This document shows positions 1-15,000 of a DNA stretch of 64,000 bases, piece by piece. The stretch is from Eledone cirrhosa (lineage: Eukaryota): the NCBI GenBank assembly GCA_964016885.1, contig OZ024740.1:41602001-41666000 (forward strand), in the 5' to 3' direction. The translations under genes and the position numbers were made by a program. How positions within the stretch are numbered: the stretch's first letter is position 1; every line of letters begins with the position of its first letter. The notes beneath the pieces were generated by a model. That model saw only the letters and a program-made list of their open reading frames with translations. It did not search any database and was not told the DNA's origin.

Positions 1-3000
1 GATATAACTCCATGTTTTCAGATATAACTCCATGTTTCAGATATAACTCCATGTTTCAGATATAACTCCATGTTTTCAGATATAACTCCATATTTCAGAT
101 ATAACTCCATCTTTCATATATAACTCCCTGTTTCAGATATAACTCCATGTTTCAGATATAACTCCATGTTTCAGACATAACTCCATGTTTCAGATATAAC
201 TCCATGTTTCAGATATAACTCCATCTTTTAGATATAACTCCCTGTTTCAGATATAACTCCATCTTTCAGATATAACTCTATCTTTCAGATATAACTCCAT
301 GTTTTCAAATATAACTCCATGTTTCAGATATAACTACATGTTTCAGATATAACTCCATGTTTTCAGATATAACTCCATATTTCAGATATAACTCCATCTT
401 TCATATATAACTACCTGTTTCAGATATAACTCCACGTTTCAGATATAACTCCATGTTTCAGACATAACTCCATGTTTCAGATATATCTCCATCTTTCAGA
501 TATAACTCCATGTTTCAGATTTAACTCCATCTTTCAGATATAACTCCATGTTTCAGATATAACTCCATGTTTCAGATATAACTCCATCTTTCAGATATAA
601 CTCCATGTTTCAGATATAACTCCATGTTTCAGATATAACTCCATCTTTCAGAAAACTCCCTGTTTTAGATATAACTCCATATTTCAGATATTACTCCATG
701 TTTCAGATATAACTCCATCTTTCAGATATAACTCCATCTTTCAGATATAACTCCATGTTTCAGATATAACTCCATCTTTCAGATATAACTCCATGTTTCA
801 GATACAACTCCATTTTTCAGATATAACTCCATCTTTCAGATATAACTCCATCTTTCAGATATAACTCAACTTTTCAGATATAACTCCATCTTTCAGATAT
901 AACTCCATCTTTCAGATATAATTCCATCTTTCAGATATAACTCCCTGTTTCAGATATAACTCCATGTTTCAGATATAACTCCCTGTTTCAGATATAACTC
1001 CATGTTTCAGATATAACTCCATCTTTCAGATATAACTCCATCTTTCAGATATAACTCCATGTTTCAGATATTAATCGATCTTTCAGATATAACTCCCTGT
1101 TTCAGATATTACTCCATGTTTCAGATATAACTCCATCTTTCAGATATAACTCCATGTTTCAGATATAACTCCATGTTTCAGATATAACTACATCTTTCAG
1201 ATATAACTCCATGTTTCAGATATAACTCCATGTTTCAGATATAACTCCATGTTTTCAGATATAACTCCATATTTCAGATATAACTCCATCTTTCATATAT
1301 AACTCCCTGTTTCAGATATAACTCCATGTTTCAGATATAACTCCATGTTTCAGACATAACTCCATGTTTCAGATATAACTCCATGTTTCAGATATAACTC
1401 CATCTTTCAGATATAACTCCCTGTTTCAGATATAACTCCATCTTTCAGATATAACTCTATCTTTCAGATTTAACTCCATGTTTTCAAATATAACTCCATG
1501 TTTCAGATATAACTCCATGTTTCAGATATAACTCCATGTTTTCAGATATAACTCCATATTTCAGATATAACTCCATCTTTCATATATAACTCCATGTTTC
1601 AGATATAACACCATGTTTCAGATATAACTCCCTGTTTCAGATATAACTCAATGTTTCAGATATAACTCCATGTTTCAGATATAACTCCATCTTTCAGATA
1701 TAACTCCCTGTTTCAGATATAACTCCATCTTTCAGATATAACTCTATCTTTCAGATATAACTCCATGTTTTCAAATATAACTCCATGTTTCAGATATAAC
1801 TCCATGTTTCAGATATAACTCCATGTTTTCAGATATAACTCCATATTTCAGATATAACTCAATCTTTCATATATAACTACCTGTTTCAGATATAACTCCA
1901 CGTTTCAGATATAACTCCATGTTTCAGACATAACTCCATGTTTCAGATATATCTCCATCTTTCAGATATAACTCCATGTTTCAGATATAACTCCATATTC
2001 TAGATATAACTCCATGTTTCAGATATAACTCCATGTTTCAGATATAACTCCATCTTTCAGATATAACTCCATGTTTTCAGATATAACTCCATGTTTCATA
2101 TACAACTCCATCTTTCAGATATAACTCAACCTTTCAGATATAACTCCATATTTCAGATATAACTCCATCTTTCAGATATAACTCAACTTTTCAGATATAA
2201 CTCCATCTTTCAGATATAACTCCATCTTTCAGATATTACTCCATCTTTCAGATATAACTCCCTGTTTCAGATATAACTCCATGTTTCAGATATAACTCCC
2301 TGTTTCAGATATAACTCCATGTTTCAGATATAACTCCATCTTTCAGATATAACTCCATCTTTCAGATATAACTCCATGTTTCAGATATAACTCCATCTTT
2401 CAGATATAACTCCCTGTTTCAGATATAACTCCATGTTTCAGATATAACTCCATGTTTCAGATATAACTCCATGTTTCAGATATAACTCCATGTTTCAGAT
2501 ATAACTCCATCTTTCAGATATAACTCCATGTTTCAGATATTATTCCATGTTTCAGATATAACTCCATCTTTCAGATATAACTCAATCTTTCAGATATAAC
2601 TCCATGTTTCAGATATAACTCCATCTTTCAGATATAACTCCATGTTTCAGATACAACTCCATGTTTCAGATATAACTCCATCTTTCAGATATAACTCCAT
2701 CTTTCAGATATAACTCCATCTTTCAGATATAACTCCATCTTTCAGATATAACTCCCTGTTTCAGATATAACTTCATGTTTCAGATATAACTCCCTGTTTC
2801 AGATATAACTCCATGTTTCAGATATAACTCCATCTTTCAGATATAACTCCATCTTTCAGATATAACTCCATCTTTCAGATATAACTCCATCTTTCAGATA
2901 TAACTCCATGTTTCAGATATAACTCCATCTTTCAGATATAACTCCCTGTTTCAGATATAACTCCATGTTTCAGATATAACTCCCTGTCTCAGATATAACT

Positions 3001-6000
3001 CCATGTTTCATATACAACTCCATGTTTCAGATATAACTCCATCTTTCAGATATAACTCTATCTTTCAGATATAACTCCATGTTTTCAGATATAACTCCAT
3101 GTTTCAGATATATCTCCATGTTTCAGATATAACTCCATGTTTTCAGATATAACTCCATATTTCAGATATAACTCCATCTTTCATATATAACTCCCTGTTT
3201 CAGATATAACTCCATGTTTCAGATACAACTCCATGTTTCAGACATAACTCCATGTTTCAGATATATCTCCATCTTTCAGATATAACTCCATGTTTCAGAT
3301 ATAACTCCATATTCTAGATATAACTCCATGTTTTCAGATATAACTCCATGTTTCAGATACAACTCCATGTTTCAGATATAACTCCATCTTTCAGATATAA
3401 CTCAACCTTTCAGATATAACTCCATATTTCAGATATAACTCCTTCTTTCATATATAACTCCATGTTTCAGATATAACTCCATGTTTCAGATATAACTCCC
3501 TGTTTCAGATATAACTCCATGTATCAGATATAACTCCATGTTTCAGATATAACTCCATGTTTCAGATATAACTCCATGTTTCAGATATAACTCCATGTTT
3601 CAGATATAACTCCATGTTTCAGTTATAACTCCATGTTTGAGATATAACTCCATGTTTCAGATATAACTCTATCTTTCAGACATAACTCCATGTTTCAGAT
3701 ATAACTCCATGTTTCAGATATAACTCCATCTTTCAGATATAACTCCCTGTTTCAGATATAACTCCATCTTTCAGATATAACTCTATCTTTCAGATATAAC
3801 TCCATGTTTTCAAATATAACTCCATGTTTCAGATATAACTCCATGTTTCAGATATAACTCCATGTTTTCAGATATAACTCCATATTTCAGATATAACTCC
3901 ATCTTTCATATATAACTACCTGTTTCAGATATAACTCCACGTTTCAGATATAACTCCATGTTTCAGACATAACTCCATGTTTCAGATATAACTCCATATT
4001 CTAGATATAACTCCATGTTTCAGATATAACTCCATGTTTCAGATATAACTCCATCTTTCAGATATAACTCAACTTTTCAGATATAACTCCATCTTTCAGA
4101 TATAACTCCCTGTTTCAGATATAACTCCATGTTTCAGATATAACTCTATGTTTCAGATATAACTCCATCTTTCAGATATAACTCCATCTCTCAGATATAA
4201 CTCCATGTTTCAGATATAACTCCATCTTTCAGATACAACTCCCTGTTTCAGATATAACTCCCTGTTTCAGATATAACTCCATCTTTCAGATATAACTCCA
4301 TGTTTCAGATATAACTCCATGTTTCAGATATAACTCCATCTTTCAGATATAACTCCATGTTTCAGATATAACTCCATCTTTCAGATATAACTCCCTGTTT
4401 CAGATATAACTCCATGTTTCAGATATAACTCCATGTTTCAGATATAACTCCATCTTTCAGATATAACTCCCTGTCTCAGATATAACTCCATGTTTCATAT
4501 ACAACTCCATGTTTCAGATATAACTCCATCTTTCAGATATAACTCTATCTTTCAGATATAACTCCATGTTTTCAGATATAACTCCATGTTTCAGATATAA
4601 CTCCATGTTTCAGATATAACTCCATGTTTTCAGATATAACTCCATATTTCAGATATAACTCCATCTTTCATATATAACTCCCTGTTTCAGATATAACTCC
4701 ATGTTTCAGATATAACTCCATGTTTCAGATATAACTCCATGTTTCAGATATATCTCCATCTTTCAGATATAACTCCATGTTTCAGATATAACTCCATATT
4801 CTAGATATAACTCCATGTTTCAGATATAACTCCATCTTTCAGATATAACTCAACCTTTCAGATATAACTCCATATTTCAGATATAACTCCATCTTTCATA
4901 TATAACTCCATGTTTCAGATATAACTCCATGTTACAGATATAACTCCCTGTTTCAGATATAACTCCATGTATCAGATATAACTCCATGTTTCAGATATAA
5001 CTCCATCTTTCAGATATAACTCCATGTTTCAGATATAACTCCATGTTTCAGATATAACTCCATGTTTCAGATATAACTCCATGTTTCAGTTATAACTCCA
5101 TGTTTGAGATATAACTCCATGTTTCAGATATAACTCTATCTTTCAGACATAACTCCATGTTTCAGATATAACACCATGTTTCAGATATAACTCCCTGTTT
5201 CAGATATAACTCCATGTTTCAGATATAACTCCATCTTTCAGATATAACTCCCTGTTTCAGATATAACTCCATCTTTCAGATATAACTCCCTGTTTCAGAT
5301 ATAACTCCATGTTTCAGATATAACTCCCTGTTTCAGATATAACTCCATGTTTCAGATATAACTCCATCTTTCAGATATAACTCCATCTTTCAGATATAAC
5401 TCCATGTTTCAGATATAACTCCATCTTTCAGATATAACTCCCTGTTTCAGATATAACTCCATGTTTCAGATATAACTCCATCTTTCAGATATAACTCCAT
5501 GTTTCAGATATAACTCCATGTTTCAGATATAACTCCATCTTTCAGATATAACTCCATGTTTCAGATATTATTCCATGTTTCAGATATAACTCCATCTTTC
5601 AGATATAACTCAATCTTTCAGATATAACTCCATGTTTCAGATATAACTCCATCTTTCAGAGACAACTCCATGTTTCAGATATAACTCCATCTTTCAGATA
5701 TAACTCCATCTTTCAGATATAACTCCATCTTTCAGATATAACTCCATCTTTCAGATATAACTCCCTGTTTCAGATATAACTCCATGTTTCAGATATAACT
5801 CCCTGTTTCAGATATAACTCCATGTTTCAGATATAACTCCATCTTTCAGATATAACTCCCTGTTTCAGATATAACTCCATCTTTCAGATATAACTCTATC
5901 TTTCAGATATAACTCCATGTTTTCAAATATAACTCCATGTTTCAGATATAACTCCATGTTTCAGATATAACTCCATGTTTTCAGATATAACTCCATATTT

Positions 6001-9000
6001 CAGATATAACTCCATCTTTCATATATAACTACCTGTTTCAGATATAACTCCACGTTTCAGATATAACTCCATGTTTCAGACATAACTCCATGTTTCAGAT
6101 ATAACTCCATATTCTAGATATAACTCCATGTTTCAGATATAACTCCATGTTTCAGATATAACTCCATCTTTCAGATATAACTCAACTTTTCAGATATAAC
6201 TCCATCTTTCAGATATAACTCCCTGTTTCAGATATAACTCCATGTTTCAGATATAACTCCATGTTTCAGATATAACTCCATCTTTCAGATATAACTCCAT
6301 CTCTCAGATATAACTCCATGTTTCAGATATAACTCCATCTTTCAGATACAACTCCCTGTTTCAGATATAACTCCCTGTTTCAGATATAACTCCATCTTTC
6401 AGATATAACTCCATGTTTCAGATATAACTCCATGTTTCAGATATAACTCCATCTTTCAGATATAACTCCATGTTTCAGATATAACTCCATCTTTCAGATA
6501 TAACTCCCTGTTTCAGATATAACTCCATGTTTCAGATATAACTCCATGTTTCAGATATAACTCCATCTTTCAGATATAACTCCCTGTCTCAGATATAACT
6601 CCATGTTTCATATACAACTCCATGTTTCAGATATAACTCCATCTTTCAGATATAACTCTATCTTTCAGATATAACTCCATGTTTTCAGATATAACTCCAT
6701 GTTTCAGATATAACTCCATGTTTCAGATATAACTCCATGTTTTCAGATATAACTCCATATTTCAGATATAACTCCATCTTTCATATATAACTCCCTGTTT
6801 CAGATATAACTCCATGTTTCAGATATAACTCCATGTTTCAGACATAACTCCATGTTTCAGATATATCTCCATCTTTCAGATATAACTCCATGTTTCAGAT
6901 ATAACTCCATATTCTAGATATAACTCCATGTTTCAGATATAACTCCATCTTTCAGATATAACTCAACCTTTCAGATATAACTCCATATTTCAGATATAAC
7001 TCCATCTTTCATATATAACTCCATGTTTCAGATATAACTCCATGTTTCAGATATAACTCCCTGTTTCAGATATAACTCCATGTATCAGATATAACTCCAT
7101 GTTTCAGATATAACTCCATCTTTCAGATATAACTCCATGTTTCAGATATAACTCCATGTTTCAGATATAACTCCATGTTTCAGATATAACTCCATGTTTC
7201 AGTTATAACTCCATGTTTGAGATATAACTCCATGTTTCAGATATAACTCTATCTTTCAGACATAACTCCATGTTTCAGATATAACACCATGTTTCAGATA
7301 TAACTCCCTGTTTCAGATATAACTCCATGTTTCAGATATAACTCCATCTTTCAGATATAACTCCCTGTTTCAGATATAACTCCATCTTTCAGATATAACT
7401 CCCTGTTTCAGATATAACTCCATGTTTCAGATATAACTCCCTGTTTCAGATATAACTCCATGTTTCAGATATAACTCCATCTTTCAGATATAACTCCATC
7501 TTTCAGATATAACTCCATGTTTCAGATATAACTCCATCTTTCAGATATAACTCCCTGTTTCAGATATAACTCCATGTTTCAGATATAACTCCATCTTTCA
7601 GATATAACTCCATGTTTCAGATATAACTCCATGTTTCAGATATAACTCCATCTTTCAGATATAACTCCATGTTTCAGATATTATTCCATGTTTCAGATAT
7701 AACTCCATCTTTCAGATATAACTCAATCTTTCAGATATAACTCCATGTTTCAGATATAACTCCATCTTTCAGATACAACTCCATGTTTCAGATATAACTC
7801 CATCTTTCAGATATAACTCCATCTTTCAGATATAACTCCATCTTTCAGATATAACTCCATCTTTCAGATATAACTCCCTGTTTCAGATATAACTCCATGT
7901 TTCAGATATAACTCCCTGTTTCAGATATAACTCCATGTTTCAGATATAACTCCATCTTTCAGATATAACTCCATCTTTCAGATATAACTCCATCTTTCAG
8001 ATATAACTCCATCTTTCAGATATAACTCCATGTTTCAGATATAACTCCATCTTTCAGATATAACTCCATGTTTCAGATATAACTCCATGTTTCAGATATA
8101 ACTCCATCTTTCAGATATAACTCCATGTTTCAGATATTATTCCATGTTTCAGATATAACTCCATCTTTCAGATATAACTCAATCTTTCAGATATAACTCC
8201 ATGTTTCAGATATAACTCCATCTTTCAGATATAACTCCATGTTTCAGATACAACTCCATGTTTCAGATATAACTCCATCTTTCAGATATAACTCCATCTT
8301 TCAGATATAACTCCATCTTTCAGATATAACTCCATCTTTCAGATATAACTCCCTGTTTCAGATATAACTCCATGTTTCAGATATAACTCCCTGTTTCAGA
8401 TATAACTCCATGTTTCAGATATAACTCCATCTTTCAGATATAACTCCATCTTTCAGATATAACTCCATCTTTCAGATATAACTCCATCTTTCAGATATAA
8501 CTCCATGTTTCAGATATAACTCCATCTTTCAGATATAACTCCCTGTTTCAGATATAACTCCATGTTTCAGATATAACTCGCTGTCTCAGATATAACTCCA
8601 TGTTTCATATACAACTCCATGTTTCAGATATAACTCCATCTTTCAGATATAACTCTATCTTTCAGATATAACTCCATGTTTTCAGATATAACTCCATGTT
8701 TCAGATATAACTCCATGTTTCAGATATAACTCCATGTTTTCAGATATAACTCCATATTTCAGATATAACTCCATCTTTCATATATAACTCCCTGTTTCAG
8801 ATATAACTCCATGTTTCAGATACAACTCCATGTTTCAGACATAACTCCATGTTTCAGATATATCTCCATCTTTCAGATATAACTCCACGTTTCAGATATA
8901 ACTCCATATTCTAGATATAACTCCATGTTTTCAGATATAACTCCATGTTTCAGATACAACTACATGTTTCAGATATAACTCCATCTTTCAGATATAACTC

Positions 9001-12000
9001 AACCTTTCAGATATAACTCCATAATTCAGATATAACTCATTCTTTCATATATAACTCCATGTTTCAGATATAACTCCATGTTTCAGATATAACTCCCTGT
9101 TTCAGATATAACTCCATGTATCAGATATAACTCCATGTTTCAGATATAACTCCATGTTTCAGATATAACTCCATGTTTCAGATATAACTCCATGTTTCAG
9201 ATATAACTCCATGTTTCAGTTATAACTCCATGTTTGAGATATAACTCCATGTTTCAGATATAACTCTATCTTTCAGACATAACTCCATGTTTCAGATATA
9301 ACTCCATGTTTCAGATATAACTCCATCTTTCAGATATAACTCCCTGTTTCAGATATAACTCCATCTTTCAGATATAACTCTATCTTTCAGATATAACTCC
9401 ATGTTTCAGATATAACTCCATGTTTCAGATATAACTCCATGTTTTCAGATATAACTCCATATTTCAGATATAACTCCATCTTTCATATATAACTACCTGT
9501 TTCAGATATAACTCCACGTTTCAGATATAACTCCATGTTTCAGACATAACTCCAGGTTTCAGATATAACTCCATATTCTAGATATAACTCCATGTTTCAG
9601 ATATAACTCCATGTTTCAGATATAACTCCATCTTTCAGATATAACTCCATGTTTTCAGATATAACTCCATGTTTCATATACAACTCCATGTTTCAGATAT
9701 AACTCCATCTTTCAGATATAACTCAACCTTTCAGATATAACTCCATATTTCAGATATAACTCCATCTTTCATATATAACTCCATGTTTCAGATTTAACTC
9801 CATCTTTCAGATATAACTCCATGTTTCAGATATAACTCCATGTTTCAGATATAACTCCATCTTTCAGATATAACTCCATGTTTCAGATATAACTCCATGT
9901 TTCAGATATAACTCCATCTTTCAGAAAACTCCCTGTTTTAGATATAACTCCATATTTCAGATATTACTCCATGTTTCAGATATAACTCCATCTTTCAGAT
10001 ATAACTCCATCTTTCAGATATAACTCCATGTTTCAGATATAACTCCATCTTTCAGATATAACTCCATGTTTCAGATACAACTCCATGTTTCAGATATAAC
10101 TCCATCTTTCAGATATAACTCCATCTTTCAGATATAACTCAACTTTTCAGATATAACTCCATCTTTCAGATATAACTCCATCTTTCAGATATAACTCCAT
10201 CTTTCAGATATAACTCCCTGTTTCAGATATAACTCCATGTTTCAGATATAACTCCATGTTTCAGATATAACTCCATCTTTCAGATATAACTCCATCTCTC
10301 AGATATAACTCCATGTTTCAGATATAACTCCATCTTTCAGATACAACTCCCTGTTTCAGATATAACTCCATGTTTCAGATATAACTCCATCTTTCAGATA
10401 TAACTCCATGTTTCAGATATAACTCCATGTTTCAGATATAACTCCATCTTTCAGATATAACTCCATGTTTCAGATATAACTCCATCTTTCAGATATAACT
10501 CCCTGTTTCAGATATAACTCCATGTTTCAGATATAACTCCATGTTTCAGATATAACTCCATCTTTCAGATATAACTCCCTGTCTCAGATATAACTCCATG
10601 TTTCATATACAACTCCATGTTTCAGATATAACTCCATCTTTCAGATATAACTCTATCTTTCAGATATAACTCCATGTTTTCAGATATAACTCCATGTTTC
10701 AGATATAACTCCATGTTTCAGATATAACTCAATGTTTTCAGATATAACTCCATATTTCAGATATAACTCCATCTTTCATATATAACTTCCTGTTTCAGAT
10801 ATAACTCCATGTTTCAGATATAACTCCATGTTTCAGACATAACTCCATGTTTCAGATATATCTCCATCTTTCAGATATAACTCCATGTTTCAGATATAAC
10901 TCCATATTCTAGATATAACTCCATGTTTCAGATATAACTCCATCTTTCAGATATAACTCAACCTTTCAGATATAACTCCATATTTCAGATATAACTCCAT
11001 CTTTCAGATATAACTCCATCTTTCAGATATAACTCAACTTTTCAGATATAACTCCATCTTTCAGATATAACTCCATCTTTCAGATATAACTCCATCTTTC
11101 AGATATAACTCCCTGTTTCAGATATAACTCCATGTTTCAGATATAACTCCATCTTTCAGATATAACTCCATCTCTCAGATATAACTCCATGTTTCAGATA
11201 TAACTCCATGTTTCAGATATAACTCCATGTTTCAGATATAACTCCATGTTTCAGATATAACTCCATCTTTCAGATATAACTCCATGTTTCAGATATAACT
11301 CCATGTTTCAGATATAACTCCATGTTTCAGATATAACTCCATGTTTCAGTTATAACTCCATGTTTGAGATATAACTCCATGTTTCAGATATAACTCTATC
11401 TTTCAGACATAACTCCATGTTTCAGATATAACACCATGTTTCAGATATAACTCCCTGTTTCAGATATAACTCCATGTTTCAGATATAACTCCATGTTTCA
11501 GATATAACTCCATCTTTCAGATATAACTCCCTGTTTCAGATATAACTCCATGTTTCAGATATAACTCCCTGTTTCAGATATAACTCCATGTTTCAGATAT
11601 AACTCCATCTTTCAGATATAACTCCATCTTTCAGATATAACTCCCTGTTTCAGATATAACTCCATGTTTCAGATATAACTCCATGTCTCAGATATAACTC
11701 CATCTTTCAGATATAACTCCCTGTTTCAGATATAACTCCATGTTTCAGATATAACTCCCTGTTTCAGATATAACTCCATGTTTCAGATATAACTCCATCT
11801 TTCAGATATAACTCCATCTTTCAGATATAACTCCATGTTTCAGATATAACTCCATCTTTCAGATATAACTCCCTGTTTCAGATATAACTCCATGTTTCAG
11901 ATATAACTCCATCTTTCAGATATAACTCCATGTTTCAGATATAACTCCATGTTTCAGATATAACTCCATCTTTCAGATATAACTCCATGTTTCAGATATT

Positions 12001-15000
12001 ATTCCATGTTTCAGATATAACTCCATCTTTCAGATATAACTCAATCTTTCAGATATAACTCCATGTTTCAGATATAACTCCATCTTTCAGATATAACTCC
12101 ATGTTTCAGATACAACTCCATGTTTCAGATATAACTCCATCTTTCAGATATAACTCCATCTTTCAGATATAACTCCATCTTTCAGATATAACTCCATCTT
12201 TCAGATATAACTCCCTGTTTCAGATATAACTCCATGTTTCAGATATAACTCCCTGTTTCAGATATAACTCCATGTTTCAGATATAACTCCATCTTTCAGA
12301 TATAACTCCATCTTTCAGATATAACTCCATCTTTCAGATATAACTCCATCTTTCAGATATAACTCCATGTTTCAGATATAACTCCATCTTTCAGATATAA
12401 CTCCCTGTTTCAGATATAACTCCATGTTTCAGATATAACTCCCTGTCTCAGATATAACTCCATGTTTCATATACAACTCCATGTTTCAGATATAACTCCA
12501 TCTTTCAGATATAACTCTATCTTTCAGATATAACTCCATGTTTTCAGATATAACTCCATGTTTCAGATATAACTCCATGTTTCAGATATAACTCCATGTC
12601 TTCAGATATAACTCCATATTTCAGATATAACTCCATCTTTCATATATAACTCCCTGTTTCAGATATAACTCCATGTTTCAGATACAACTCCATGTTTCAG
12701 ACATAACTCCATGTTTCAGATATATCTCCATCTTTCAGATATAACTCCATGTTTCAGATATAACTCCATATTCTAGATATAACTCCATGTTTTCAGATAT
12801 AACTCCATGTTTCAGATACAACTCCATGTTTCAGATATAACTCCATCTTTCAGATATAACTCAACCTTTCAGATATAACTCCATATTTCAGATATAACTC
12901 CTTCTTTCATATATAACTCCATGTTTCAGATATAACTCCATGTTTCAGATATAACTCCCTGTTTCAGATATAACTCCATGTATCAGATATAACTCCATGT
13001 TTCAGATATAACTCCATGTTTCAGATATAACTCCATGTTTCAGATATAACTCCATGTTTCAGATATAACTCCATGTTTCAGTTATAACTCCATGTTTGAG
13101 ATATAACTCCATTTTTCAGATATAACTCTATCTTTCAGACATAACTCCATGTTTCAGATATAACTCCATGTTTCAGATATAACTCCATCTTTCAGATATA
13201 ACTCCCTGTTTCAGATATAACTCCATCTTTCAGATATAACTCTATCTTTCAGATATAACTCCATGTTTTCAAATATAACTCCATGTTTCAGATATAACTC
13301 CATGTTTCAGATATAACTCCATGTTTTCAGATATAACTCCATATTTCAGATATAACTCCATCTTTCATATATAACTACCTGTTTCAGATATAACTCCACG
13401 TTTCAGATATAACTCCATGTTTCAGACATAACTCCATGTTTCAGATATAACTCCATATTCTAGATATAACTCCATGTTTCAGATATAACTCCATGTTTCA
13501 GATATAACTCCATCTTTCAGATATAACTCCATGTTTTCAGATATAACTCCATGTTTCATATACAACTCCATGTTTCAGATATAACTCCATCTTTCAGATA
13601 TAACTCAACCTTTCAGATATAACTCCATATTTCAGATATAACTCCATCTTTCATATATAACTCCATGTTTCAGATTTAACTCCATCTTTCAGATATAACT
13701 CCATGTTTCAGATATAACTCCATGTTTCAGATATAACTCCATCTTTCAGATATAACTCCATGTTTCAGATATAACTCCATGTTTCAGATATAACTCCATC
13801 TTTCAGAAAACTCCCTGTTTTAGATATAACTCCATATTACAGATATTACTCCATGTTTCAGATATAACTCCATCTTTCAGATATAACTCCATCTTTCAGA
13901 TATAACTCCATGTTTCAGATATAACTCCATCTTTCAGATATAACTCCATGTTTCAGATACAACTCCATGTTTCAGATATAACTCCATCTTTCAGATATAA
14001 CTCCATCTTTCAGATATAACTCAACTTTTCAGATATAACTCCATCTTTCAGATATAACTCCATCTTTCAGATATAACTCCATCTTTCAGATATAACTCCC
14101 TGTTTCAGATATAACTCCATGTTTCAGATATAACTCCATGTTTCAGATATAACTCCATCTTTCAGATATAACTCCATCTCTCAGATATAACTCCATGTTT
14201 CAGATATAACTCCATCTTTCAGATACAACTCCCTGTTTCAGATATAACTCCATGTTTCAGATATAACTCCATCTTTCAGATATAACTCCATGTTTCAGAT
14301 ATAACTCCATGTTTCAGATATAACTCCATCTTTCAGATATAACTCCATGTTTCAGATATAACTCCATCTTTCAGATATAACTCCCTGTTTCAGATATAAC
14401 GCCATGTTTCAGATATAACTCCATGTTTCAGATATAACTCCATCTTTCAGATATAACTCCCTGTCTCAGATATAACTCCATGTTTCATATACAACTCCAT
14501 GTTTCAGATATAACTCCATCTTTCAGATATAACTCTATCTTTCAGATATAACTCCATGTTTTCAGATATAACTCCATGTTTCAGATATAACTCCATGTTT
14601 CAGATATAACTCCATGTTTTCAGATATAACTCCATATTTCAGATATAACTCCATCTTTCATATATAACTCCCTGTTTCAGATATAACTCCATGTTTCAGA
14701 TATAACTCCATGTTTCAGACATAACTCCATGTTTCAGATATATCTCCATCTTTCAGATATAAATCCATGTTTCAGATATAACTCCATATTCTAGCTATAA
14801 CTCCATGTTTCAGATATAACTCCATCTTTCAGATATAACTCAACCTTTCAGATATAACTCCATATTTCAGATATAACTCCATCTTTTATATATAACTCCA
14901 TGTTTCAGATATAACTCCATGTTTCAGATATAACTCCCTGTTTCAGACATAACTCCATGTATCAGATATAACTCCATGTTTCAGATATAACTCCATCTTT